A stretch of 64,000 nucleotides of DNA, from the NCBI GenBank assembly GCA_964413365.1, contig CAYPRM010000003.1, positions 857-64,856 on the forward strand, read 5' to 3'. The position numbers and the translations under genes are program-made. How positions within the stretch are numbered: position 1 is the first letter of the stretch; every line of letters starts with the position of its first letter. Shown here piece after piece: positions 52,843-63,007 of the stretch. The notes beneath the pieces were generated by a model. It was not told the DNA's origin, ran no database searches, and saw only the letters and a program-made list of their open reading frames with translations. Source of the DNA: an uncultured Lachnospiraceae bacterium (GTDB lineage Bacteria; Bacillota; Clostridia; Oscillospirales; CAG-272).

Positions 52843-55680
52843 ATGGAAAAAAGAATCGTACATTTGATTTCAGGAACGCACTGGGACCGTGAATGGCGTC
52901 ACACCGCCGAGCAGAGCAAGCTCCGTCTCGCCGATCTCATGGACAACATTATCGACATTCTTGAAAACAAGCCCAACTATCAATGCTTCTGCGTTGACGG
53001 AGGCACGATAGTTCTCGAGGACTACTTCACGATCCGCCCCGAAAACAGAGATCGCGTAAGGAAGCTCATCGAGGACAAGAAGATGATCATCGTAAACTGG
53101 TACACCCTTCCCGAGACCAACACCGTTGCTCCCGAGGCCCTCATTCGTAACCTCATCGTAGGACACAGAATGGCTAAGGATTTCGGAGGCGGAATGAAGT
53201 CGGGATACACTGCTACCTCTTACGGTCAGCCCTCTCAGCTTCCTCAGCTCTACCGTGGCTTCGGTATTGAGAATGCTATATTCTACCGCGGCACGAACAA
53301 GCATGTTCTCACTCCCCTTTTCGACTGGGAGGGTGCGGACGGAAGCACACTCACCACGCTGCGAACCTTTGACGAGGTAACGCGCACAAACTGGTTCTTC
53401 TACGTTCACGGACCCGCAGTTCTCGGAAAGGGACAGAAGGACCTTACATACACCTACAATCCCAAGCAGCTTCCTGCTCACATGGCTGACCTCAAGTCCT
53501 ACGAGAAGGCGTTCACGCTCCTTCATGAGGATTTTGACTACATCCATGATGAGAAGGTCCTCAAGAAATCCCTTGATGATCTTCTTGAACAGGCAGAGCC
53601 CTACAAGATCGGCAATGACATCCTCGCTCTCAACATGGAGGACAACGACGAGCCTTACAGATATCTGCCCGAGCTCGTTGACGATATGAACGCGGTATAT
53701 CCCGACGTTGAGATCGTTCAGGAGAGCATGGATGACTATATGGCTAAGATCTCTGCAAACAAGGATTACAAGAGAGCAAAGCATCACGGTGAGCTTCGCT
53801 ACACAACGATGGAGCATAACAATTTCAATGCCCTTCTCGGTGCTACTCACTCCTCGAGAATAAAGATCAAGCTCTACAACGATGACGTTGAGAACAATCT
53901 TATCAATCTCGCAGAGCCCCTCGCATCCTATGCGGACATCTACGGCAAGAGATATCCCACCACGAACATAAACAGAGCGTGGGAGGCACTTCTCAAGAAT
54001 CACGCTCACGACAGCATCTGCGGTGCGGCAGTCGACCGCGCTCACGAGGATATGATGTACAACTTCTCGATCGCAAAGACGGTCGCTGAGGAGTGCACGA
54101 ACAGAAGTGTTATCAGCCTCTCCGGCAAGATAGACACGCTCACGAGCTTCAAGCCCAACGATTACAGTCTCACTCTCTTTAACACGCTTCCCTATGCAAG
54201 GGACGAGGTCATTGAGGTCGTAGTCGATACCCCCAGATACAAGACTCAGATGGGCGACATCGGTCTTGGTGGCTCGAGCCAGCTTGACGATTTCTACGAT
54301 ATCGTGGACGAGGATGGCAACAAGCTTGAGTACGTTGAGATTTCTAAGGACGATATCTCCATCGGCGTTGAGCGTGAGCTTGACACCAAGGCTATAAAGT
54401 TCGATGCAAAGCGTCGCCATATTCTTGTTAAGGTCTCCGTTCCTCAGAGCGGATACAGAACGATCGCGGTAAGAATGCGCGAGGCTGAATACGCCTTCCA
54501 TCCTGAGATCATGGACAACAGAAAGCTCATCGCTCGCGAGGGCGGTACTCTCGAGAACGAGTATCTCAAGGTAACAGTTCTTCCCAACGGAACATTCAAT
54601 ATGCTCGACAAGACCACGGGCAGAGTTATGACTAACATGCACTACTTCACCGACAGCGGCGAGGTAGGAAGTGCGCATATCTCCAATATTCCCCGTAGAA
54701 ATACTATATACACATCTCATGGCGCAGTGGCAAACATCACGATGCTCGAGAGTAACACTCTCCGCGGCAGCTTCAGGATCGACCTTAAGATGGTCCTTCC
54801 CGCAGCAGCTACTATCGACGGTCATGACAGAACGCGCGAGATGAAGGAGCTTCCCATATCTACAACTCTTACTCTTGAGAAGGGCTGCAAGTATCTTAAG
54901 ATACACACCAAGCTCACGAATGAGATCAGGGATCACAAGCTCACCGTTCACTTCCCCTCCGGCATCTCGGGTGCAGACCTTGTTGACGCGGAGAGCGCAT
55001 GGGATGTTGCAACACGCACGATCAAATGGCGCGATCACAAGGACAATGCAGAGGCATTCCCTGCATTCCAGCCCATGCAGAACTTCGTTGACGTCTCCGA
55101 CGGCAAGGACGGTCTCGCTATAATGACCAAGGGACTTCGTGAGTACGAGATCTGCGATGACGAGGAAAGAACGGTTAAGATCACACTCATACGCACTCAG
55201 CGCGCTTACATGACGGCTAACAACAATATGACCGTTGAGGAGCTTGACAAGTACACAGGTCAGCACAGCTTCGGCACGCTCGAGTACGAGTACGCAGTAT
55301 ATCCTCACGAGGGCAAGTGGAACGAGGCGGACGTTATCAATCACGCATACGCCTTCAAGGTTCCCGTAAAGGCAGTTCAGGGCGTTCCCCACAGTGGAGA
55401 GCTTCCTGCAAGCGCAAGCTTCTTCACTGTAAATCAGGAGAAGAAGGTGCTTATTTCCGCACTTAAGCAGGCAGAGGACGGTGACGGCAAGATCCTCAGA
55501 GTTTGGAACACCACGGGTGACGATCTCCTCCTTAACATCGGCACAATACTTCCCGTAGTATCCGTCGAGAGAGTAAAGCTTGACGAATCCGATCCTCAGC
55601 CTGTTGAATTCGCAAACGGCGAGTTCTCCATCGACCTTCGTCCTCACAAAATTGAAACATTCAGGATCAGAACGAAATGA
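52843..55680 (+). CDS. glycoside hydrolase family 38 alpha-mannosidase
   Basis: 945 aa. N-terminal metal-site motif ISGTHWDREWRH, and HAHDSICG in the central region. No signal peptide. Confidence 0.88.
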   Translation: MEKRIVHLISGTHWDREWRHTAEQSKLRLADLMDNIIDILENKPNYQCFCVDGGTIVLEDYFTIRPENRDRVRKLIEDKKMIIVNWYTLPETNTVAPEALIRNLIVGHRMAKDFGGGMKSGYTATSYGQPSQLPQLYRGFGIENAIFYRGTNKHVLTPLFDWEGADGSTLTTLRTFDEVTRTNWFFYVHGPAVLGKGQKDLTYTYNPKQLPAHMADLKSYEKAFTLLHEDFDYIHDEKVLKKSLDDLLEQAEPYKIGNDILALNMEDNDEPYRYLPELVDDMNAVYPDVEIVQESMDDYMAKISANKDYKRAKHHGELRYTTMEHNNFNALLGATHSSRIKIKLYNDDVENNLINLAEPLASYADIYGKRYPTTNINRAWEALLKNHAHDSICGAAVDRAHEDMMYNFSIAKTVAEECTNRSVISLSGKIDTLTSFKPNDYSLTLFNTLPYARDEVIEVVVDTPRYKTQMGDIGLGGSSQLDDFYDIVDEDGNKLEYVEISKDDISIGVERELDTKAIKFDAKRRHILVKVSVPQSGYRTIAVRMREAEYAFHPEIMDNRKLIAREGGTLENEYLKVTVLPNGTFNMLDKTTGRVMTNMHYFTDSGEVGSAHISNIPRRNTIYTSHGAVANITMLESNTLRGSFRIDLKMVLPAAATIDGHDRTREMKELPISTTLTLEKGCKYLKIHTKLTNEIRDHKLTVHFPSGISGADLVDAESAWDVATRTIKWRDHKDNAEAFPAFQPMQNFVDVSDGKDGLAIMTKGLREYEICDDEERTVKITLIRTQRAYMTANNNMTVEELDKYTGQHSFGTLEYEYAVYPHEGKWNEADVINHAYAFKVPVKAVQGVPHSGELPASASFFTVNQEKKVLISALKQAEDGDGKILRVWNTTGDDLLLNIGTILPVVSVERVKLDESDPQPVEFANGEFSIDLRPHKIETFRIRTK

Positions 55681-56660
55681 GCAAATTTATCATACCCAAT
55701 TTAGGCTGCTTCGACGAGACCTGCGGTCTCAAGAATATCAAAAAATGCAGCGACGGTATATTCTCCGAGGGAGTAAACGGTGTAAAAGCCGTTTACTCGA
55801 CGGGAGACGGCAAGGTGGAATTCATCTGCTTTGAGGATTCCACTCTCTGCTACGTACTCTCCGCCATGGGCTATACCGCATATTATCCCCTCCGCAAGAC
55901 CGAGCTGAAGAAGCCCGTCAAGGCGGTGCTTATGGATCTTGACGGAACGAGCGTAAGAAGCGAGGAATTCTGGATATGGATAATTCAGAAGACGATCTCT
56001 TCCCTTACCGAGAATCCCGATTTCTGCTTTGAGGAGGCGGACCTTCCCCACGTTTCGGGACATTCCGTTTCCGAGCATCTTCAGTACTGCATAAACAAGT
56101 ACTGCCCCGATAAAAAGCTTGAGGACGCCCGTGATCTCTACTTCCAGCATACTCATTACGAGATGAATGAAATAATGGAGGGCAGAGGCAAGGAAGGTGC
56201 GTTCACTCCCTCGCCCGGACTCAAGAAATTCCTTTACAGGCTCAAGGAGAACGGCATCAAGATCGGTCTCGTTACGAGCGGTCTTTATGAGAAGGCATGG
56301 CCCGAGATACTGTCTGCGTTCAACACGCTCGAAATGGGAGATCCCAAGGAGTTCTATGACGCATCCATTTCCGCAGGCTTCCCTCTCCGCAAGGGCTCCG
56401 TCGGTACTCTCGGCGAGCTTTCCCCGAAGCCCCATCCGTGGCTCTATGCTGAGACCTGCTCGGTAGGCCTTGGTATCCCAATCGAGGACAGCGCGTATGT
56501 CGTCGGTATTGAGGACAGCGGTGCGGGCGTTTGCAGTATTCGACTTGCAGGCTACAATACCATAGGCTTTGCAGGCGGAAACATCGAGAGCAGTGGCACA
56601 AAGGCACTTTGCGACCACTATGCTGACACCTTCGATGAGATCTGGGAATACATAAAATAA
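55677..56660 (+). CDS. HAD-superfamily hydrolase/phosphatase (beta-phosphoglucomutase-like subfamily) with an N-terminal extension of about 75 aa
   Basis: 327 aa. HAD motif I is VLMDLDGTSV, the later motifs are VTSG and IEDSGAG. Its ATG overlaps the GH38 stop (ATGA). Confidence 0.75.
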   Translation: MSKFIIPNLGCFDETCGLKNIKKCSDGIFSEGVNGVKAVYSTGDGKVEFICFEDSTLCYVLSAMGYTAYYPLRKTELKKPVKAVLMDLDGTSVRSEEFWIWIIQKTISSLTENPDFCFEEADLPHVSGHSVSEHLQYCINKYCPDKKLEDARDLYFQHTHYEMNEIMEGRGKEGAFTPSPGLKKFLYRLKENGIKIGLVTSGLYEKAWPEILSAFNTLEMGDPKEFYDASISAGFPLRKGSVGTLGELSPKPHPWLYAETCSVGLGIPIEDSAYVVGIEDSGAGVCSIRLAGYNTIGFAGGNIESSGTKALCDHYADTFDEIWEYIK

Positions 56661-56666
56661 CCATAA

Positions 56667-56705
56667 CAAAAAATCCCTTCCACGGCTGTGGAAGGGATTT
56701 TTTGA
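56667..56705. terminator. bidirectional intrinsic terminator
   Basis: Stem aaatcccttccac (56671-83) / gtggaagggattt (56688-700) with loop ggct, flanked by an A-run and a T-run. Confidence 0.85.
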
Positions 56706-56715
56706 TTTTTGTAGA

Positions 56716-58632
56716 TTATTTTTTATATTTGAGCGTTCCGTCATCAAGAAGCCTTATAAAGAGTCCTCCCTGCACCGTTCTGTTTCTGAATCCTATATGA
56801 TATCCCGAAACGGTATCATACCAGTCGGACATCGGTATCCTGTCGGGCGTGCGGTCATAAAAGTCCCAAAGTGGGGCTATCATCCTCTCAAAATCCTCCT
56901 CACGCGGAGCAAGAGATGCCGTCCAAACGAGCCAGTCGGACTTTGTCTGATCGCATCGTGAATCGAGCGGAAGTCCGTACTCGTTCATATTTGCAAGAGA
57001 ATGTGCCGTCTCGCTCTCATATATCTCGCTCGGGAAGAGCTCCGTTCCCCAGAGCTTGTCCCAGATCATATTATATTTCATAGAGCGACTGCCATCAATA
57101 TCAAAGGCGAGCCTGTACGAACCATCAGCGTTCGCGGCACGCTCCACCCACGAGCGAGCCATATCCCTCGCTGCAGACGCATAGCTATCCGCCTCTTCAT
57201 CCTCTCCGAGCATATCGCATATTATCGACATGCCCATAACGCCCATTATCGCCTTGAGCGAAAGGTTGCAGTTATGTGCAAGATGCCCTGCAAAATCGTC
57301 CGTGCAGAGCTGATCCTCAGGATCGTTGCCGTATCTCATAAGATATCTTGCCCAGCCCTTAAGGACGTCAAGATGCTCACGCGCAAATTCCGCATTTCCA
57401 TCTGCGAGGGCAATATTTGCCTCCGTTATGATCATATTTCCACTCTCCTCAACGGGCATCTGATCCTCATATTTAAAGCATCCGTGCTCGCCGTCGTAGC
57501 CGTATACCTGTCCGAGAAGGAGAGGATACTGACCGACGTCATGAGGAGCAAAATCATACGGCCACTTGCCCGAGCCCACGTATTTATATATAGGTCTGAG
57601 CATAGCCTTAAGAAGCTCGGGGGAATATTTTATAAACAATGGAGATGAGGGGTACATAACGTCGACCGTTGCCGCACATCCGTTGGAAAAGCACTCCTTG
57701 GATACGAGGACGGGCTGACCGTCTTCGTCTACGACCAGCTTGTGAGCCGCAAGGACCTGCCTGTAAGCGAGTGAGAGGAGCTCTGCGTATTCTTCGCCGC
57801 CCAGTGCCTGAGCCTCGCGAGAGAGAGAATTTGCAAAGCCGTCGCACCTTTCACGCACGCTCTCATATTCACGAGCCGCCTCACTTATCGCCTCCTCGAT
57901 ACTCTTCCTCGAGAGATGCCAATATGCTCTCAGGGGAGTACCGAAATAATTTATAGAATCAATATCATCGTAGGCAAAGAGGAAGAGCTTTTCCTCTCCG
58001 TCCTCTGCGCTCACTGTGAGCGCAGGACATTCACCGCCCGAATGCATCAGATATTCGTCAGCACTTCCCTCACCTGCCGCGCAGAGATAGAAATATCCCC
58101 AGTCGATCCTCGTGTCATCTCCGCTCTTGTTCAAAGGCTCCTGCACGGAATTCCCGATTCTGAAGCCGCAGATGCCGTCTATATCAGTCTCCTCAAAGGT
58201 AACAGGCGACTGATGATGCCTGTCAAGGCAGATCCACTTTTCCGCAGCAACGCGAACCGATATCTCTTTTACAGACTCATCTACCTTCTCCACTCTCACG
58301 CTCATATATGAAACAGGTCTTGAGAGCGTGTAGAGATCGTCGGGAAGCAGGGGCGAGGTAAAGCGCACCGAGAGCCTAACGAGGCTGTTCTCAAAGGTAT
58401 AGTAGGTTGAAAGAGCGTCCGCATCCCTTGATGTCTGCTTTATCTTTTTCGAATCCCTCTCGTAGCCGAGGAAATTGTAGGCAACGCCGTCCACTATGAC
58501 TGCACCACGTATAGAATGTGGTGTCCCTGTCCAGTGGAGGGTGTGGGAATAGTTGAGTTCATCGCTGGCAGACCATACCGAAAAATAGGGATCGACCGTA
58601 ATAAGCGGTGTTGCAGGGGGACGTAGTTTCAT
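56716..58632 (-). CDS. DUF4965/DUF5127/DUF1793 glutaminase-A-like protein (putative glycoside hydrolase)
   Basis: 638 aa. The N-terminus MKLRPPATPLITVDPYFSVWS is characteristic of this family, followed by an (alpha/alpha)6-like C-terminal half. Confidence 0.6.
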   Translation of the reverse strand: MKLRPPATPLITVDPYFSVWSASDELNYSHTLHWTGTPHSIRGAVIVDGVAYNFLGYERDSKKIKQTSRDADALSTYYTFENSLVRLSVRFTSPLLPDDLYTLSRPVSYMSVRVEKVDESVKEISVRVAAEKWICLDRHHQSPVTFEETDIDGICGFRIGNSVQEPLNKSGDDTRIDWGYFYLCAAGEGSADEYLMHSGGECPALTVSAEDGEEKLFLFAYDDIDSINYFGTPLRAYWHLSRKSIEEAISEAAREYESVRERCDGFANSLSREAQALGGEEYAELLSLAYRQVLAAHKLVVDEDGQPVLVSKECFSNGCAATVDVMYPSSPLFIKYSPELLKAMLRPIYKYVGSGKWPYDFAPHDVGQYPLLLGQVYGYDGEHGCFKYEDQMPVEESGNMIITEANIALADGNAEFAREHLDVLKGWARYLMRYGNDPEDQLCTDDFAGHLAHNCNLSLKAIMGVMGMSIICDMLGEDEEADSYASAARDMARSWVERAANADGSYRLAFDIDGSRSMKYNMIWDKLWGTELFPSEIYESETAHSLANMNEYGLPLDSRCDQTKSDWLVWTASLAPREEDFERMIAPLWDFYDRTPDRIPMSDWYDTVSGYHIGFRNRTVQGGLFIRLLDDGTLKYKK

Positions 58633-58645
58633 GTGTTCTCCTCTC

Positions 58646-60241
58646 TCACTTGCCGATAACTGCTATCTCGGAAAGTGAATAGATATATTCTGTATTGATC
58701 GTTATCTTGATCTTAGACACGGTGATCTCCTCGTAAAGAGTTGCACTTATGGCGTTTCCTACCGCCATGTATTCCCTTCTCGTGTCTATATATTTGCCGT
58801 CGAGCCTTATATCGGTGATATAGCTGCCGTCGTCAAATTCTATCTTCTCCACCCCTCTGAGCAGAGATGAATAATCGCTTCCGCAGTAGAACATTATAGC
58901 CTTCACCTGCCTCGGCGAATCAAAGGTTATCGTGATAGTGGTCTTGCCGCTGTCAAAATAAACATCCGTCTTTTCGGCGTTTTTGAAATATACGCCGATA
59001 CCGCCGTCAGTCAGCAGTTTTCTCTGATCCGCATCAATGGCGGTGCAGGAGAGCTTCGCGTCGGAGGCGATATTCTTATATCCCGAGATGACCTCGGGCT
59101 TCGGCTGAGGAGTTACGGTCGAGCCGTTTATGTACATCGAGCCGTCCTTCCTAAATCCGTAGGTGTCCAAGCAGAACGTTCTGACGTTTCCTGCATCCTT
59201 GATATTATAATGCTTGTGATATACTACGTAGCTCTGTGAACCGATATTTATGAACATATGATGTCCCGTTCCCGAAACGTAGTCCCACTCCTTTGACTGA
59301 TCCTTCAGTTTCTCGCTACCGAGGAGCATGCTGTCCTCAGGCTTGTAGAATCCGCTGAGAGGGCTGTTGGAAACAGCATAGCCAACGCCGTAATATTTTG
59401 ACGTGTAGCTGTTCGCAGAATATGTGAGATAATATTTTCCATCATGCTTTACCATAAAGGGGCCCTCGTTCCAGTTACCCTGTACTGCCTCCCACTCGCG
59501 GCGCTCGTCAGATGTCATATCGGCGTATCCCACGCGTGTGAGCTGGACTGCCTCGCAGCCCTCCTTGATAGTGTAAGGATTCTCAAGCTCAACGCCCCAT
59601 ATCGTGCTGACGCCGCCAACCTGATCCTTTGCAAAATAGTAATAGAGTGAGCCGTCGTCGTCTACAAAGACGCTACCGTCTATCGTAGGAAATTCAAAAA
59701 TAAATCTCGCCTGCGAGGGTGTGTTATCCTCGTCAATATAGTTCGTAAAGGGGCCTCTCGGTGAGTCAGCCACCGCAACGCTGCAATGCAGAGGAGCGGA
59801 GCCGTCGGATGCGGCAGAGTAATAAAGCCAGTATCTGCCGTTTATCTTGTGCATCTCGGGCGCCCAGAGCCTACTGTGACACCAGTCCTCGTTAGTCGGC
59901 TCAAAGCAAGTGCCGCCGAGCTCCCATTCCGTAAGATCGCTCGATATGTAATAGTCAAATCTCGAGCCTCCCGTTGTTCCGTAAAGATAGAAAAGCCCTT
60001 CCTCCTCCTCGTAATAGAGGTAGGGGTCGCCAAGTATCGGAGCGCTGCCGAAATTGGCAACAGCATTCTGATAATAAAGAGAATTTATACCGTTTGCATC
60101 GTATCCGAGCTCGCTCGGGGTGGTAGGTGCGGGATCGTCAACGTCCGTGGGATCATCGAAGCATGCGCCGAGTGTGAGCACTGAACTGAGCGCAAATGCA
60201 AGAGTAAATATTTTTGCTACCGTTTTGAAATATTTTTTCAT
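58646..60241 (-). CDS. glycoside hydrolase family 43-like lipoprotein with C-terminal beta-sandwich domain
   Basis: 531 aa. Lipobox LGAC and five-bladed-propeller motifs (GDPYLYY, LWAPEMHKINGRYWLYYSA, TIDGSVFVDDDG, NEGPFMVKHDGKYYLTYS). Confidence 0.75.
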   Translation of the reverse strand: MKKYFKTVAKIFTLAFALSSVLTLGACFDDPTDVDDPAPTTPSELGYDANGINSLYYQNAVANFGSAPILGDPYLYYEEEEGLFYLYGTTGGSRFDYYISSDLTEWELGGTCFEPTNEDWCHSRLWAPEMHKINGRYWLYYSAASDGSAPLHCSVAVADSPRGPFTNYIDEDNTPSQARFIFEFPTIDGSVFVDDDGSLYYYFAKDQVGGVSTIWGVELENPYTIKEGCEAVQLTRVGYADMTSDERREWEAVQGNWNEGPFMVKHDGKYYLTYSANSYTSKYYGVGYAVSNSPLSGFYKPEDSMLLGSEKLKDQSKEWDYVSGTGHHMFINIGSQSYVVYHKHYNIKDAGNVRTFCLDTYGFRKDGSMYINGSTVTPQPKPEVISGYKNIASDAKLSCTAIDADQRKLLTDGGIGVYFKNAEKTDVYFDSGKTTITITFDSPRQVKAIMFYCGSDYSSLLRGVEKIEFDDGSYITDIRLDGKYIDTRREYMAVGNAISATLYEEITVSKIKITINTEYIYSLSEIAVIGK

Positions 60242-60325
60242 ACCTGAGCCTCCATGCTTTTTGCTTTTTATTTTTTATTTTGTTTGTTTTATTATTTATT
60301 CTCTGCCTTGTATAGCAGAAGATGG

Positions 60326-62182
60326 TCAGTCCATAAGGAGCGCCGCCGCACCGAGAAGTCCTGCACTGTTTTCAAGGCTCGCTATGCGGATCGGAACGCG
60401 CGGTCCCTTATCTCCGCCGTAAAGCTCCGCGTCAAACTGCTTCTGAAGCGGCACTATAAGTCTATCTCCCTGAGCACAGACGCCTCCGCCGAGCAGAATG
60501 ACCTCGGGGCGGAATATATTTGCGTAATTTACAAGTGCGGATGCAAGGTAGCCTATATAGTTGTCAATGACCTCTCTCGCATATACGTCGGTATCATAGT
60601 AATCAAAGGGAGTTTTGCCGTTTACAGCGTCCACAGCGCCTATCTCCCACATCTTGCAGTCGGGGTGAGCAAGCATGGCACGTCTTGTGTCACGTATGAG
60701 CGCGGTAGCCGAGGAATATGCCTCGACGCATCCGCGTCTGCCACAGGTGCAAGGCTCTCCACCGCGTGTGATGACGGTATGACCAAGCTCTGCGCCTGCG
60801 CCCTTATTTCCCTCCATGAGCACGCCGTCAATGACGACTCCGCCGCCGACACCCGTGCCGAGGGTTACCATTACTGCGCTGTTACATCCCTTTGCCGCTC
60901 CGAATTTTACCTCACCGAGTGCGGCGACGTTTGCATCGTTTGCAACCTTGACCTTAACTCCGCCGAGCAAGCGTGAGACCTCGTCGGTGATCATAAAATC
61001 GCTCCAACCGAGGTTATTTGAATATATAACGTTACCGCTACCGCTGTCTATCATTCCGGGGCATCCTATGCCTACGCCCTCGACGTCGGAAGCGGAGAGG
61101 TTGCATCTCTCAAGCAAAATCTTTGCAAGGCGTGCGATATTTCCTGCGACGACGCCAGCTCCGCCCTCGGACTCTGTTGGGATCTTATCGGAGACGATGA
61201 TCTCGCCCCTATCGTCGACGATGCCGCCCTTGATGAACGTACCGCCGAGGTCTATTCCTATGTAATATTTACGTACTGTGGTCATAATTCCGAAAAATTC
61301 TCCTTCCATATCGGTATTGTTATCCCCTGCCGAAATGAAAACGCTATCTCCGCGGTGTATCTCAACTCCGTCGATGCTTCCCTCGCCTCCAAGGCAGGTA
61401 AAGCATTTGAAGCTTCTTCTGTCGGGCTCGAGTATTCTCCTACCGCTGACCTCTACGAGCGTGGCAGTGAAAAATCTGCTGATCCCCTTAAGAATACCCT
61501 CTCTTGTTTTGACATCGAGCGACCTCGGAATGAGCCTCTCAGTATTCGTAACATCGAGAGCCTTTTCAACGTGGAGCTCCCTCTCCTTGCCGTCAGCACC
61601 CCTTCTGCCGTAGTCATAAACGCGGTAGGTGATATTGCTGTTCTGTTGTATCTCGCAGATAAGACAGCCCTCGCAGATTGCGTGTATCGTGCCTGCGGGG
61701 ATAAAGTAGCACTCGCCTGCGTGCACGGGGATAAATTGCAGGCGATCGGTCAGAGTGTGCGTCCTTATCGCGTCCTCAAGCTCCGCTCGTGTAATGCTCT
61801 CCTTAAAGCCGAGATATATCCCTGCGCCCTCCTCGGCGTCAACGATATACCACATCTCGGTCTTGCCGAGGCTGTTCTCATGCTTCAAGGCGTACTCATC
61901 ATTCGGGTGCACCTGCACGGATAACTTGGCATTTGCGTCAATGAGCTTGACGAGCACAGGAAAGAACGGAAATCCCTTGCAGTTCTCTCCGAGATCCGCC
62001 TCCGTTACCGCGTCGGGGAGCGGCGTTCCGTCGGCAAGGCGGCTCACTCCGTCCTTGTGGAAGGAAAGCTCCCACGTCTCCGCCAAGGGATCTGCGTCGG
62101 TCTGCTTTCCGTAATATTTCTTCAATCTGTCTCCGCCCCAGATTATGCTCTTGCAGGCAGGATAAAGCTTTACTGTATTCAT
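60326..62182 (-). CDS. fusion protein: class I mannose-6-phosphate isomerase (N-terminal) plus ROK-family sugar kinase (C-terminal)
   Basis: About 618 aa from the ATG at 62182, after ggagg. The PMI part shows KSIIWGG, LSVQVHPND and YDYGRR. The ROK part shows IGIDLGGTFIKGG, GCPG and a CxCGxxGC zinc motif (CTCGRRGC). Confidence 0.85.
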   Translation of the reverse strand: MNTVKLYPACKSIIWGGDRLKKYYGKQTDADPLAETWELSFHKDGVSRLADGTPLPDAVTEADLGENCKGFPFFPVLVKLIDANAKLSVQVHPNDEYALKHENSLGKTEMWYIVDAEEGAGIYLGFKESITRAELEDAIRTHTLTDRLQFIPVHAGECYFIPAGTIHAICEGCLICEIQQNSNITYRVYDYGRRGADGKERELHVEKALDVTNTERLIPRSLDVKTREGILKGISRFFTATLVEVSGRRILEPDRRSFKCFTCLGGEGSIDGVEIHRGDSVFISAGDNNTDMEGEFFGIMTTVRKYYIGIDLGGTFIKGGIVDDRGEIIVSDKIPTESEGGAGVVAGNIARLAKILLERCNLSASDVEGVGIGCPGMIDSGSGNVIYSNNLGWSDFMITDEVSRLLGGVKVKVANDANVAALGEVKFGAAKGCNSAVMVTLGTGVGGGVVIDGVLMEGNKGAGAELGHTVITRGGEPCTCGRRGCVEAYSSATALIRDTRRAMLAHPDCKMWEIGAVDAVNGKTPFDYYDTDVYAREVIDNYIGYLASALVNYANIFRPEVILLGGGVCAQGDRLIVPLQKQFDAELYGGDKGPRVPIRIASLENSAGLLGAAALLMD

Positions 62183-62649
62183 AAAAATTTCCTCCATTCG
62201 TAGGTCTGATATAATTATATCACAAACCTTGATTTTTTCAAGAGATATTTAGAAAAAACGCTTCGTTTGTGGCTGTTTTCTTGCGTTTTCTTCGTTTTTT
62301 TCTTTGTTTTTTCGATGCTTGCCTTGACTTATTCAAATTCCCCCCCATCGTCGCCTATCATGACGGTGATCTTGTCGGTGATATTCCTCCTTGCAAAGCG
62401 TAAAAAATACCAATATTGAGTTGGTAAGGATCAATATATACCCCTATTTCCACGGAGAATTTTCGTGGAGATGGGGTGTCTTTATTTTTCGACGAATGTT
62501 TACATTTTATATCATTAAAATGGAAAATGTTAAAAATAGAACCATATTTTTCTAAAAATCGTTGTTTTTCGAGGATAAAAACAAATAATCCTCGACACGC
62601 CTTCTGTGATATGATAATAGTACCGATCAAAAACAAAGGAGGAACAGAT

Positions 62650-62904
62650 ATGGATTTTACATTGATCGAACAGCAGGAGAGGGGCGCTAACTGCTACAAG
62701 CTTATGCGCGCCACATTTTACCGCTCTCACTACGTGATAATAGTGCAGAGCAAGCACGATTTTGCGTGTGCATCGTTTCAGTCGGAGCGTGCGGAGGCAC
62801 TTGAGCTATTCCGCATGATCTCGGAGAGCGATACCGAGCCGTACACGCTCGCAGACATAATTTCCGACCGTGAAAAGTCGCGGGAGCTGTCAAAAATCAT
62901 GTAG
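62650..62904 (+). CDS. hypothetical protein (84 aa)
   Basis: The ATG at 62650 lies 7 nt after aaaggagg. I recognised no motif. The track's longer 62476 start lacks an RBS. Confidence 0.4.
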   Translation: MDFTLIEQQERGANCYKLMRATFYRSHYVIIVQSKHDFACASFQSERAEALELFRMISESDTEPYTLADIISDREKSRELSKIM

Positions 62905-63007
62905 GGATATCAAATTTGCTCGGAAAATATAAAATTATCCTATTGACTTTGTGGCAAATTGCTGATATAATCACTCTTGGAACATAATTCATAGCTCGGA
63001 GGAAACC

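Noticed and set aside
52870-55647. A 925-aa minus-strand ORF opposite GH38.
   Set aside because: This is an antisense shadow of a gene with clear GH38 motifs. The product has the same Cys/Val-rich nonsense composition.
41275-56747. Long opposite-strand ORFs over the CAZyme and transporter genes: 41275..42411, 42662..43780, 44276..45274, 46231..46890, 47126..48190, 48526..49800, 50116..50646, 51217..51918 and 55701..56747.
   Set aside because: These are antisense shadows of GH76, the ABC components, GH125, LacI, the GxGYxYP-like gene and the HAD gene. The reasoning is the same as above.
62183-62649. A 467-bp intergenic region with small hairpins (ccacg...cgtgg and tcgaggat...atcctcga) and the track ORF 62358..62636.
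   Set aside because: The hairpins are short and lack terminator or known riboswitch features. The ORF has no RBS and a low-complexity product. The support is insufficient for a feature call.
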